A DNA stretch of 38,725 bases, taken from the IMG/VR virus record IMGVR_UViG_3300014955_000002, positions 1 to 38,725 of that record, one strand, 5' to 3'. Below the pieces are notes generated by a model. The model was not told the DNA's origin. It saw only the letters and a program-made list of their open reading frames with translations, and made no database searches. Shown in pieces: positions 1-6,860 of this stretch (position 1 is its first letter; each line of letters starts with the position of its first letter). The DNA comes from a virus. The position numbers were made by a program, and so were the translations under genes.

Positions 1-75
1 CTCGCCGGTGGCGGATGCTGCACCACTCGTGCCGGTGGCGGATGCTGCACCCCTCCAGCCGGTGGCGGATGCTGC
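1..75. repeat. Terminal direct repeat: bases 1-75 are identical to 38651-38725 (circular-closure overlap)
   Basis: Base-by-base comparison of the two window ends. Identity runs from ctcgccggtggcggatgctgcacc... through ...ggtggcggatgctgc. Removing one copy gives a 38,650-bp circle. Confidence 0.9.
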
Positions 76-120
76 GCCACTCTCGCCGGTGGCGGATGCT
101 GCACCACTCGTGCCGGTGGC
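1..120. repeat. Coding tandem repeat with a 27-bp period, left part of the array (unit gccggtggcggatgctgc + 9 variable nt)
   Basis: Units at 4-30, 31-57, 58-84 and 85-111, with a partial unit at 112-120. The variable 9-mers are accactcgt, acccctcca and gccactctc. On the minus strand the array encodes G[TEW][SR]GAASAT repeats. Confidence 0.9.
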
Positions 121-483
121 GTGATTTTTATTTTCGGCGTTCGCCTTTTTGATGGCATCGTCAAAGTTACTTTGTGCCTTGATGTACTCCACCTGTGCCT
201 TGACCAGCCCGGGAATACCGATCTCTGCGCTCAATGTCAGTTTCTTGCCAACGCGCTTTGTGTCATCGCCGGGCTTCTCATCGCTTACATCCTCCAGCTC
301 CGCCTCAAAATACCGGGAGCCATCGCCGGGCGCGTAATAGCCCAAAACATCAAGCGGCATTTCGCAGGCATGAAGCCCCTTTTCGCAAAGTTCAATGTCC
401 CCGGCCACCTCTGCCGTCTTGCCCAACTCGTACTGGAACCCACGGCACTTCATATCCTTGTCAGTTCCCTTGTAAACTTTCAC
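1..483 (-). CDS. 5' part of a junction-spanning gene: hypothetical repeat protein (N-terminal globular domain, then 9-aa tandem repeats); continues at 38650->38435
   Basis: GTG start at 483 with AAAGGAGGAA 9 nt upstream (complement of 491-500). Translation: VKVYKGTDKDMKCRGFQYELGKTAEVAGDIELCEKGLHACEMPLDVLGYY...NKNHATGTSGAASATGESG. The 483 nt (161 codons) end exactly at base 1, so the frame continues at 38650. From memory the N-terminus resembles phage DUF7666-type proteins; this is unverified. Confidence 0.75.
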   Translation of the reverse strand, partial: MKVYKGTDKDMKCRGFQYELGKTAEVAGDIELCEKGLHACEMPLDVLGYYAPGDGSRYFEAELEDVSDEKPGDDTKRVGKKLTLSAEIGIPGLVKAQVEYIKAQSNFDDAIKKANAENKNHATGTSGAASATGESGAASATGWRGAASATGTSGAASATGE

Positions 484-503
484 CTTTCGTTCCTCCTTTA
501 CAA

Positions 504-755
504 TTATCTCTGCGTGCGTTCGCTCAGCGTCTCGATCTCCGCATCCCGCCGCATGATGGTGTCCCGCAATCCGGCGTTGGCCTGCATCAGCGCCTCAATG
601 TGCCGCTGCTGGTTCTCGATCAGGCCAGCGGCGGCAATCATTAGCCCATCACCACAATCTTCAATCTCTTCTGGCACATCCTGCCTCGGACAGGTGTCAC
701 ATCCGATACCCTCCGCACAGCACCGCAGCGCGGTCACGATCTCTTTTTGTTTCAT
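504..755 (-). CDS. Hypothetical small Cys-cluster / coiled-coil protein (83 aa)
   Basis: ORF in the track. Its ATG overlaps the upstream stop (ATGA at 752-755). It has a CCAEGIGCDTCP cluster followed by a heptad-like C-terminus. Confidence 0.6.
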   Translation of the reverse strand: MKQKEIVTALRCCAEGIGCDTCPRQDVPEEIEDCGDGLMIAAAGLIENQQRHIEALMQANAGLRDTIMRRDAEIETLSERTQR

Positions 756-1006
756 GTTTCCGTCCTCCGTTTCTTGAATTTCTTACACCCAGCTCCACAG
801 TCCAGAGGAAGGAATATCGCAAGTCCCTTTCCCATATTGGGCGAGTAATCCTTGTCCCCTCCGGAAAAGCAATAGCCAAAAATCACAGCGCCGTCAGATC
901 TTTCATAAGGCGTTTTCAGTTCCGCGCAAAACTTACAGACTCGGCAACACTTTTGCGGTATTTCTTTTGCGTTCTCCCACAGGGAGGTTTGATCTTCTCT
1001 TGTCAT
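752..1006 (-). CDS. Hypothetical Cys-rich protein (84 aa)
   Basis: ATG at 1006 preceded by GAGAGGGGGAATGAC. Multiple CxxC-type motifs (CCRVCKFC, CGAGC). Tightly packed after the methyltransferase stop at 1020. Confidence 0.6.
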   Translation of the reverse strand: MTREDQTSLWENAKEIPQKCCRVCKFCAELKTPYERSDGAVIFGYCFSGGDKDYSPNMGKGLAIFLPLDCGAGCKKFKKRRTET

Positions 1007-1019
1007 GTCATTCCCCCTC

Positions 1020-2711
1020 TCACACCGCCACGCTGTCCATCAACTGCGCCATTGTGGTGATGGTCACGCCGCACCACTCCGGCAGGTTGGCACGCACCAG
1101 CGCGGACGCCACCGGCGGACACACCGCATTGCCGCACCGCGCCACCTGCGCGCTCTTTTTGTACTCGTTGCCCAAATAGTCACGGTCGATGATGTAATCC
1201 GGCGGAAACCCCATGGCGTTGTACAGCTCGCGGGGCGAAAGCATCCGCAGGCCGATGTCGGCAATGTAGTACAGGGTTCCCCCGATCTCCAGCAGCAGTA
1301 CCTCATCCTCCGCCAGCTCGTAGCCGCAGAACTCATTCAGCAGGGCGCGTATCTCGGGCCAGTAACCCAGATCGTCACCGCTGCGTATCTTCGCCAGATA
1401 TGCCTTGCACACGGCGAACTCCCCGGCACTTGCGGTCACGGTCTGCATCGGCTCTTTCATGCCATGCCCCAGATTGTCGCCCTTGAATTTCACCACATGG
1501 GCGGCACATACCGCGTTGTGGTCAATGGCCGTCACCGTCGGCAAAGGATCGCCCACCTTTTCGCCCACCACGCCGCCGTAATACTTGGCAATGTGAGCGG
1601 CGACCACCGCCTCACGGTCGTGGCTGGTAACGGTGTGCATGGGGTCTTGCATGTCCAGGGGTCTGCCGCCTGTGTAATACTCCACCAGATTAGCGCAGGT
1701 CAGGCCGTATCGGTTGGAGGCGTCCACCGTGTTGATAGGCGTACCCAGCCCGGATGCCCGGACACTCTCCGTCTGCTCTGTGTGATACTGGATCATCGCG
1801 GGAGCCAGAAGCGGCCTGCACAATTCATGCGCTCCTACCGCCGTAACAGTTGTCAATGGCTTTTCGATGTTCTGCGCAGCGTTCTGGAATTTCTGCTGCA
1901 CGATAAACGGCTTGCCGCTGCGGATGGTGAACTTGTCCACGCCTCGGATGATCCGCCGCATGGTGTTCTTCGCCAGCGGGCGCACCGCTTTCAAGCCGTA
2001 CTCGTCCATGATCTGCGCCTTGGATGCGAATACTGACGGGCAGGGCAGCGACCAGTCGATGATCTCCGCCGCGCTGCGCCACTTGGGCAATCCATTTTCG
2101 CCGGTCTTGCTGTGGGTGGGCTTCGGCCAGACAATGGGCTTACCGTCACAGCGGGCGATCATGTAAAACCGCTTGCGGGAGGTAGGCGCTCCAAAGTCCG
2201 CCGCCACCAATTCCCGGAACTCCACGGTGTAACCCAGCGCCTCCAACTGGCCGATAAACTTCCGGAAGGTGGTGCCTGCCAGCTTCTTCACCGGCTTACC
2301 CTTCCGTACCGGGCCCCAGGTCTGGAACTCCTCCACATTCTCCAGGATGATGACCCGGGGTCGTACCTCTGCTGCCCAGCGCAGCGTGATCCACGCAAGG
2401 CCGCGAATCTTCCGGTCTACCAATGCAGCGCCCTTGGCCTTGGAAAAATGCTTGCAGTCCGGCGAAAACCACGCCAGCCCCACGGGTCTGCCACGGCACA
2501 CGGCCTTTGGGTCTACATCCCACACGGACGCCTGCAGGTGCTCCGTGTAGGGGTGATTTGTCCTGTGCATCAGAATGGCGTCCGGGTCGTGATTGATGGC
2601 CACCGCCACCACCCTGCCTGTGGCGATCTCAATGCCGGTTGACGCGCCTCCTCCGCCGGCAAAATTGTCCACGATGATCTCACCGTTCATGGTCTCTTGT
2701 GCGTTTATCAC
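1020..2711 (-). CDS. Orphan DNA (cytosine-5) methyltransferase, 563 aa, with five tandem PxxTVT target-recognition-like modules
   Basis: Motif I DNFAGGGGAS, motif IV SPDCKHFS (catalytic Cys), motif VI ENVEEF, APTSRKRF, motif IX RMLSPRELYNAMGFPPDY and motif X CGNAVCPPV. GTG start at 2711 with TGGAGGG 7 nt upstream. No adjacent restriction endonuclease gene. Confidence 0.9.
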   Translation of the reverse strand: MINAQETMNGEIIVDNFAGGGGASTGIEIATGRVVAVAINHDPDAILMHRTNHPYTEHLQASVWDVDPKAVCRGRPVGLAWFSPDCKHFSKAKGAALVDRKIRGLAWITLRWAAEVRPRVIILENVEEFQTWGPVRKGKPVKKLAGTTFRKFIGQLEALGYTVEFRELVAADFGAPTSRKRFYMIARCDGKPIVWPKPTHSKTGENGLPKWRSAAEIIDWSLPCPSVFASKAQIMDEYGLKAVRPLAKNTMRRIIRGVDKFTIRSGKPFIVQQKFQNAAQNIEKPLTTVTAVGAHELCRPLLAPAMIQYHTEQTESVRASGLGTPINTVDASNRYGLTCANLVEYYTGGRPLDMQDPMHTVTSHDREAVVAAHIAKYYGGVVGEKVGDPLPTVTAIDHNAVCAAHVVKFKGDNLGHGMKEPMQTVTASAGEFAVCKAYLAKIRSGDDLGYWPEIRALLNEFCGYELAEDEVLLLEIGGTLYYIADIGLRMLSPRELYNAMGFPPDYIIDRDYLGNEYKKSAQVARCGNAVCPPVASALVRANLPEWCGVTITTMAQLMDSVAV

Positions 2712-2740
2712 GCTCTATCCCTCCAATCTACCACCTCCAC

Positions 2741-3058
2741 TCAGGTTCTCCTGTTCTGGTTCCGAAAGTATCGCCTGCTGGCCGCGGCGGACCGCCTTGC
2801 CTCGATCTCCGCCTCGCTCCGGCAGTGCTCGCACATCACGCCGGAGCCGTTGAAAAGTGTCCCGCACCGCACGCAAACATTGCGTACCACCGGCAGCTTC
2901 TCCACCAGCTCGCACTTGGCCACCACCTTTGCCCAGGGCACGCCCCAGAAAAGCGCCGCCTCAAGGGTGGCCTGCTCCCAGGTCTCGGCGATCACCGGCA
3001 CCTTGCAGAGATCCTCGGTCTTCACCCACCAAAGGTACTCCTTTTTATTAGCCGCCAT
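2741..3058 (-). CDS. Hypothetical protein with C-terminal zinc-ribbon (105 aa)
   Basis: ATG at 3058 with CGAGGAGGCGCT upstream. CVRCG...CEHC pair of Cys dyads and a basic tail. Confidence 0.65.
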   Translation of the reverse strand: MAANKKEYLWWVKTEDLCKVPVIAETWEQATLEAALFWGVPWAKVVAKCELVEKLPVVRNVCVRCGTLFNGSGVMCEHCRSEAEIEARRSAAASRRYFRNQNRRT

Positions 3059-3269
3059 AGCGCCTCCTCGCCCTCTGCTTCTGTTCCTTCTTGTATTCCA
3101 GCATCTCTTTTTCGATCAGCCGGTCTTTTCGGCAGGCCTCTTTTCGGGCCTCCATCTCCGCCTGCCATTGCTCCCAGCGGCGGCACAGGTAGTCCCCCGC
3201 CGGGTCCTTGCCGTGGCAGCCCACCCGCCGGTCCGGGCAGCCCCGGCAGCAGTCCTTAGCGCTTCCCAT
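3048..3269 (-). CDS. Hypothetical Cys-rich basic protein (about 73 aa; start uncertain)
   Basis: The track ORF 3048..3299 starts at a TTG with no RBS, so I prefer the internal ATG at 3269 (MGSAKDCCRGCPDRRVGCHGK...). It overlaps both neighbouring genes by 11-14 nt. Confidence 0.45.
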   Translation of the reverse strand: MGSAKDCCRGCPDRRVGCHGKDPAGDYLCRRWEQWQAEMEARKEACRKDRLIEKEMLEYKKEQKQRARRRYGG

Positions 3270-3516
3270 GGCGCCCGTGCCTGTCCACCCACTGTACAAA
3301 GCGCATGATGTTCACGGCCAGCGTGGCCGCCCCCGCGATCACCGTCAGGTAGTAGATGCAGCTTTCCACCGTGTCACCCCCTCTTATGTAACATGAGCTC
3401 TTTTCCCGGCGCGGTCGTATGCCTTCTCCCTCCAACCGCCGGAGAACCTCTTGAAATTGTTCCTCTGTCAGTCGCGCCACCTTTTCCTCCAGCGCGAGCA
3501 GTTCGTCCTTTGTCAT
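3256..3516 (-). CDS. Hypothetical protein (86 aa): N-terminal helical LTEEQFQEVLRRL motif and a C-terminal hydrophobic helix
   Basis: ATG at 3516 with GGAGGGAAAAGAA upstream. The N-terminal ~35 aa are paralogous to the small ORF at 5945..6076. Confidence 0.6.
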   Translation of the reverse strand: MTKDELLALEEKVARLTEEQFQEVLRRLEGEGIRPRREKSSCYIRGGDTVESCIYYLTVIAGAATLAVNIMRFVQWVDRHGRHGKR

Positions 3517-3552
3517 TTCTTTTCCCTCCGTCTTGTTTAGCTGGTCACCCCC

Positions 3553-3750
3553 TTAAGAAAAGGGGCGCAGGTCCCGCTCCCGCCGGGTAAAGATGCGGTC
3601 CGTCCCCTGCTCCTGCAGCACGCAGCACCATTCGCCGAAGCTCCTGCGCAGGGCCACCACCGTGGCCTCTGCGCCCCCGTCCTGCGGCAGGGTGCTCGTC
3701 ACCCGCTGGCCCTCGGCGAAAAGGGCGCCTCTGGCCTTCTTCTTTCTCAT
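3553..3750 (-). CDS. Hypothetical protein (65 aa)
   Basis: Start chosen at ATG 3750 (MRKKKARGALF...) because AAGGAGGAGCAGCC lies directly upstream. The track start at 3783 lacks an RBS. Confidence 0.55.
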   Translation of the reverse strand: MRKKKARGALFAEGQRVTSTLPQDGGAEATVVALRRSFGEWCCVLQEQGTDRIFTRRERDLRPFS

Positions 3751-3775
3751 GGCTGCTCCTCCTTGGTTATTTTTT

Positions 3776-3955
3776 TCAGGCATTCGCCGCCGGGAAAAAG
3801 TGAACGCGCCCGGCGAATTGCTCGTTGAGCATGGTCACCCGTATGGCCGTCGCCAGCCGCTTTCTCTGCTCCGCCGTCAGGGTGTCCACATCCACCCGCC
3901 GGTCTCCCACCAGGCAGGTGGCCTTTACGATGATGGGCTCTCTTGCTTTTTTCAC
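3776..3955 (-). CDS. Hypothetical protein (59 aa; below the ORF-track length cutoff)
   Basis: GTG at 3955 with GGGAGGAGGCGAGCGACC upstream. Translation VKKAREPIIVKATCLVGDRRVDVDTLTAEQRKRLATAIRVTMLNEQFAGRVHFFPAANA, stop TGA at 3776-3778. It fills an otherwise empty gap in the operon. Confidence 0.5.
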   Translation of the reverse strand: MKKAREPIIVKATCLVGDRRVDVDTLTAEQRKRLATAIRVTMLNEQFAGRVHFFPAANA

Positions 3956-4003
3956 GGTCGCTCGCCTCCTCCCTTTACGCTATGCGCCTGTGCCTGTCCT
4001 TTT

Positions 4004-4348
4004 TTACAGATAGCTCTTTCCTACCTCGCGGATAAAATCCGCCTCATCCCAGCCGTAGCAGTCCATAGCCGCCGTCTGGGCCTTCGCCTTCAGCGCCGCC
4101 GCCCGCCGGGCGTCCTCCTGCACCCCCCGGTTGCCCATGTGGCAGCCCCGGTGGCACAGGTGTACCCACAGCCCCAGCCGCTTGCTCTTCTCCCGGTTGG
4201 CTCCGCCGAAGATCTCGTGTCGGTCTATACCGCCGGCCGCTTGGCCGTTTTGCCCGCACAGATAGCAGCAGCACGCGCTGTGCCCGTAGAGGACCGACGG
4301 TGCGTAGCCATTTCTGTCCAGGGCCGCGCCGAATTCGTTTTTCTTCAT
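4004..4348 (-). CDS. Cys/His-rich protein, possible His-Me-finger (HNH-like) nuclease (114 aa)
   Basis: ATG at 4348 with GGCAAGGAGAAAGCC upstream. Motifs CCCYLCG...DRHEIFGGANREKS...LCHRGCH resemble a metal-binding HNH/NinG-type core. Assignment is by motif only. Confidence 0.55.
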   Translation of the reverse strand: MKKNEFGAALDRNGYAPSVLYGHSACCCYLCGQNGQAAGGIDRHEIFGGANREKSKRLGLWVHLCHRGCHMGNRGVQEDARRAAALKAKAQTAAMDCYGWDEADFIREVGKSYL

Positions 4349-4358
4349 GGCTTTCTCC

Positions 4359-4387
4359 TTGCCCTCACATTCTCCGTGTGTTACACT
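4359..4387 (+). promoter_or_regulatory. Candidate sigma-A promoter for the YHYH-KTSC moron
   Basis: TTGCCC (4359-4364), 17-nt spacer, TACACT (4382-4387), with TG at 4379-4380 (extended -10). Lies 15-20 nt upstream of the RBS GAGGAGG. Confidence 0.35.
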
Positions 4388-4401
4388 GGCGAGAGGAGGT
4401 G

Positions 4402-5190
4402 ATGTTTGTGAAAAGACTCTTAGCCGCCATTCTTGCCGCCCTGTTGGTCACGGCGGCGTATGCCCATCCCGGCAGAACCGATGCCAGAGGCGGCCACTAC
4501 AACCGCGCCACCGGCGCGTATCACTACCACCACGGCTATCCGGCGCACCAGCACTATAACGGTCAGTGCCCCTATGCCTTCGATGACCGTACCGGCTACA
4601 ATAGCGGCACGGCCTCCGGCTCCTCCTCTGCCGGTGCTTCCTCTCCGGAGAAAATGCCTGTTCTCAGTGCCCATAGGAGGGGCTCCTCCAGCAAGGCGTC
4701 TGACACCGGCAAATCTGCAAGGAGCACTTTGCCCGTTCGCCAAAGCTCCTGGTGGGATTTCATGCGTGAGGAGCTCCACTCCGTGGTCTCCAGTTCTAAT
4801 TTTTGGGTCGGCTTGGCGCAAATCGTTGTGGCCTTCGGCATCCCCGTCCTTGTGTACGAGTGGACTATGCGTTCCCGAAGGCGAAAGGCCGCAGCGTCCG
4901 CCCCGGCTCTCTTACCCGCCCGTCATAAGCTCGATACCACCGACACGGTCTCTGTTTCTTATCACGGCCGTGAGGTCACTCTCTACCGTCTCCCCGCAGA
5001 GGCGATCCTCCGCGTGGGGTATCTGCGTGACACAGAGGAGCTCTTCCTGCAGAGCGCAGACGGCGGCCACATCGATGTTTTCCACGGTGTTCCTCTTGCA
5101 CTCTGCAGCCGCCTGGTTCGCTCCGACGACCCGGACAGGATCTTCCTGCAGGAGATCCTTCTCTGCTGCAGCAGCTCACCGCTGAAGTGA
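4402..5190 (+). CDS. Moron: secreted/membrane protein with signal peptide, YHYH domain, Ser-rich linker, one TM helix and a cytoplasmic KTSC-like domain
   Basis: RBS GAGAGGAGG; start ATG 4402 or in-frame GTG 4408. KRLLAAILAALLVTAAYA signal, then GGHYNRATGAYHYHHGYPAHQH (YHYH motif). TM helix FWVGLAQIVVAFGIPVLVYEW followed by RSRRRK. C-terminus LRVGYLRDTEELFLQSADGGHIDVFHGVPLALCSRLVRSDDPDRIF matches the KTSC pattern. Opposite strand to the surrounding early genes. Confidence 0.8.
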   Translation: MFVKRLLAAILAALLVTAAYAHPGRTDARGGHYNRATGAYHYHHGYPAHQHYNGQCPYAFDDRTGYNSGTASGSSSAGASSPEKMPVLSAHRRGSSSKASDTGKSARSTLPVRQSSWWDFMREELHSVVSSSNFWVGLAQIVVAFGIPVLVYEWTMRSRRRKAAASAPALLPARHKLDTTDTVSVSYHGREVTLYRLPAEAILRVGYLRDTEELFLQSADGGHIDVFHGVPLALCSRLVRSDDPDRIFLQEILLCCSSSPLK

Positions 5191-5217
5191 TCCCCTGCCG
5201 CGCCCCGCCCGGGCACT

Positions 5218-5433
5218 TTAACTGCACATTTCGTGTAGTTCGTTGTTAAAAAAAATATGAGCAACCGGCACGCCGAAGCACGCAGCAAGGCGTAGTTTTA
5301 CCTCGTCGCGCGGCCTTCTTTGGTCGTTCTCATACATCTGTAGCGCCGAAACGCTGATATTACACTTTTTTGCCACCTCTCGCCTTGATTGACTTCCCCG
5401 AAGCTCTCTTAAAATCTGACCTGCGCTCTGCAT
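5218..5433 (-). CDS. Cro-like XRE-family HTH regulator (71 aa), first gene of the leftward early operon
   Basis: ATG at 5433 with GGGAGGTGAG upstream. HTH: SRREVAKKCNISVSALQMYENDQRRP. Divergent from the cI-like gene. Confidence 0.85.
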   Translation of the reverse strand: MQSAGQILRELRGSQSRREVAKKCNISVSALQMYENDQRRPRDEVKLRLAACFGVPVAHIFFNNELHEMCS

Positions 5434-5460
5434 TCTTACTCACCTCCCGCCTGCACGAAC

Positions 5461-5550
5461 TGTGTGATTTATATATACCACACAAATTTTCATTTGTCAA
5501 CACAGTTTGTGTAATTTTTTTCTTGCAATTAACACAATTTGTGCTATACT
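5461..5550. promoter_or_regulatory. Genetic switch: divergent sigma-A promoters with three ACACA/TGTGT inverted-repeat operators
   Basis: Leftward promoter: TTGACA (complement of 5495-5500), 17 nt, TATATA (complement of 5472-5477). Rightward promoter: TTGCAA (5523-5528), 16 nt, TGcTATACT (5542-5550). Operators: acacaGTTtgtgt at 5500-5512, acacaATTtgtgc at 5532-5544 (32 bp centre-to-centre), and tgtgtg-N12-cacaca at 5461-5484 across the leftward -10. Confidence 0.6.
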
Positions 5551-5571
5551 GATTTCACGGAGGTGATTTTA

Positions 5572-5937
5572 TTGCAGTTTAATACCGTCCTTCGCAAATT
5601 GCGGAAAGACCGCGGCCTCACGCAAAAGCAGCTTGCTCTTGCCCTTGGCCTTTCCGAAAGCGCCATCAGTATGTACGAGCGGGGCCAGCGGGAGCCGGAC
5701 TTTGAGACCCTGGAGATCATAGCAGATTATTTCAATGTGGATATGGACTTCCTGACAGGCAGGACTCCTTATTCCTCCCGCATCGTCTCCCTGAATGCCG
5801 CGCAGGCCGGCAGCGGGGAAGCTGCCGGCCTGAACGCGGAGCGCCGTGCCTTCGTGGATCGTGTGAAAGCGTGGGACGATGCTACCTTTCACCGCGTCGT
5901 TGCTGTCATCGACGCGGTACTCGGCGAAAAACAATAG
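5572..5937 (+). CDS. cI-like XRE-family HTH repressor (121 aa) with no S24 peptidase domain
   Basis: TTG at 5572 with GGAGGTG 6 nt upstream (the track start at 5539 has no RBS). HTH: GLTQKQLALALGLSESAISMYERGQREP. First gene of the rightward lysogeny module that ends with the integrase. Confidence 0.85.
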   Translation: MQFNTVLRKLRKDRGLTQKQLALALGLSESAISMYERGQREPDFETLEIIADYFNVDMDFLTGRTPYSSRIVSLNAAQAGSGEAAGLNAERRAFVDRVKAWDDATFHRVVAVIDAVLGEKQ

Positions 5938-5944
5938 CGAGCTG

Positions 5945-6076
5945 TCAGAATGCTCTTTCTTGTGGCACCGGAGGGAGGATGCCCTCCCTCCTCAGCCGCC
6001 GGAGGACCTCCTGAAACTGATCCTCCGTCAGCTGCGCGAGCTTCTTCTCCAGCATAAGCAGATCTTCTCTTTCCAT
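5945..6076 (-). CDS. Possible small ORF (43 aa), paralog of the N-terminus of the 3256..3516 product
   Basis: ATG at 6076 with GGAGGAAAAGGAA upstream. MEREDLLMLEKKLAQLTEDQFQEVLRRLRREGILPPVPQERAF compared with MTKDELLALEEKVARLTEEQFQEVLRRLEGEGIRP. Below the ORF-track cutoff, and it could be a duplication remnant. Confidence 0.4.
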   Translation of the reverse strand: MEREDLLMLEKKLAQLTEDQFQEVLRRLRREGILPPVPQERAF

Positions 6077-6180
6077 TTCCTTTTCCTCCATGTGATTTTT
6101 GTTCCTATTTCTATCTTAGGCGCCGTGCACTGAAAAAGTCCACTGCCCAGCAGGGCATTTACGGCCCTTTCCCGGCAGTT

Positions 6181-6208
6181 TTGACCCTAAAACGAACGAT
6201 GATATACA
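6181..6208 (+). promoter_or_regulatory. Candidate sigma-A promoter for the 6225..7295 gene pair
   Basis: TTGACC (6181-6186), 16 nt, TGaTATACA (6200-6208), lying 17 nt upstream of the ATG at 6225. Confidence 0.5.
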
Positions 6209-6224
6209 AAGGAGGTACTACACT

Positions 6225-6842
6225 ATGTCTGCCATCAGCCAGCTGCAAGCGAATATTGCAGCATACCCCGAAGCGTTCCGTCTTGCCCGGTCCCGGGCCG
6301 GGCTCACCAATGCCGCCCTGTCCGACCTCTCCGGCGTCCCCTACTCCACGGTCCGCAATGCCCAGAGCGGCAATGGCGGCGTCACCGTCGAGCAGGCAGC
6401 CGCCCTGGCGCTTGTTCTGCACATTTCCCTGGATGAGCTCTTCTGCATTCCACGGCCCGAGGAGGACCGCCGGCCTGCGGAGGAGGATCGCCTCCACGCC
6501 CTTGAGCTGGAATTGGCAGAGCGCAACGGCGAGCTTGCCGTTTTGCGTTCTGCCAATTCCAGCTTGGCGGCCCAATATAGGACCTGTGCCCGGATCTTCT
6601 CTTTTTTATCTGTAGTCCTCTGCTTTGTGGTCATGGGCTACCTGTTTTGGGATTTTCGCATTGCCGCCGCCGGGCTCATCGTCGGCGAAACGCCCACCCT
6701 CGGCGCTTGGCTGCTGCTTCTTATCATAGGGGCGGCAGTATTCTTTTCCGGCCGGGAGCTTCTGCACACCGCCGCCCGCTATACGAATCTATCCTCTTCC
6801 CCCGGCACCGTGGACACCCGCGCCGGCAGCCGGAAGCTATAA
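6225..6842 (+). CDS. Membrane-anchored XRE-type HTH protein (HTH + coiled coil + 2 TM helices), 205 aa
   Basis: RBS AAAGGAGGTAC. HTH GLTNAALSDLSGVPYSTVRNAQSG. Leucine-rich coil LHALELELAERNGELAVLRSANSSL. TM helices IFSFLSVVLCFVVMGYLFW and LGAWLLLLIIGAAVFFSG. Confidence 0.8.
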   Translation: MSAISQLQANIAAYPEAFRLARSRAGLTNAALSDLSGVPYSTVRNAQSGNGGVTVEQAAALALVLHISLDELFCIPRPEEDRRPAEEDRLHALELELAERNGELAVLRSANSSLAAQYRTCARIFSFLSVVLCFVVMGYLFWDFRIAAAGLIVGETPTLGAWLLLLIIGAAVFFSGRELLHTAARYTNLSSSPGTVDTRAGSRKL

Positions 6843-6860
6843 AATTTAGGAGGTACAATT

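Noticed and set aside
1-120. Regular 18-nt repeats with 9-nt 'spacers' at both window ends, considered as a possible CRISPR-like array
   Set aside because: The period is 27 nt (9 codons). The variable parts recur (only three variants). The array lies inside an ORF and translates to G-x-x-GAASAT repeats. No leader or cas genes are present. This is a coding tandem repeat.
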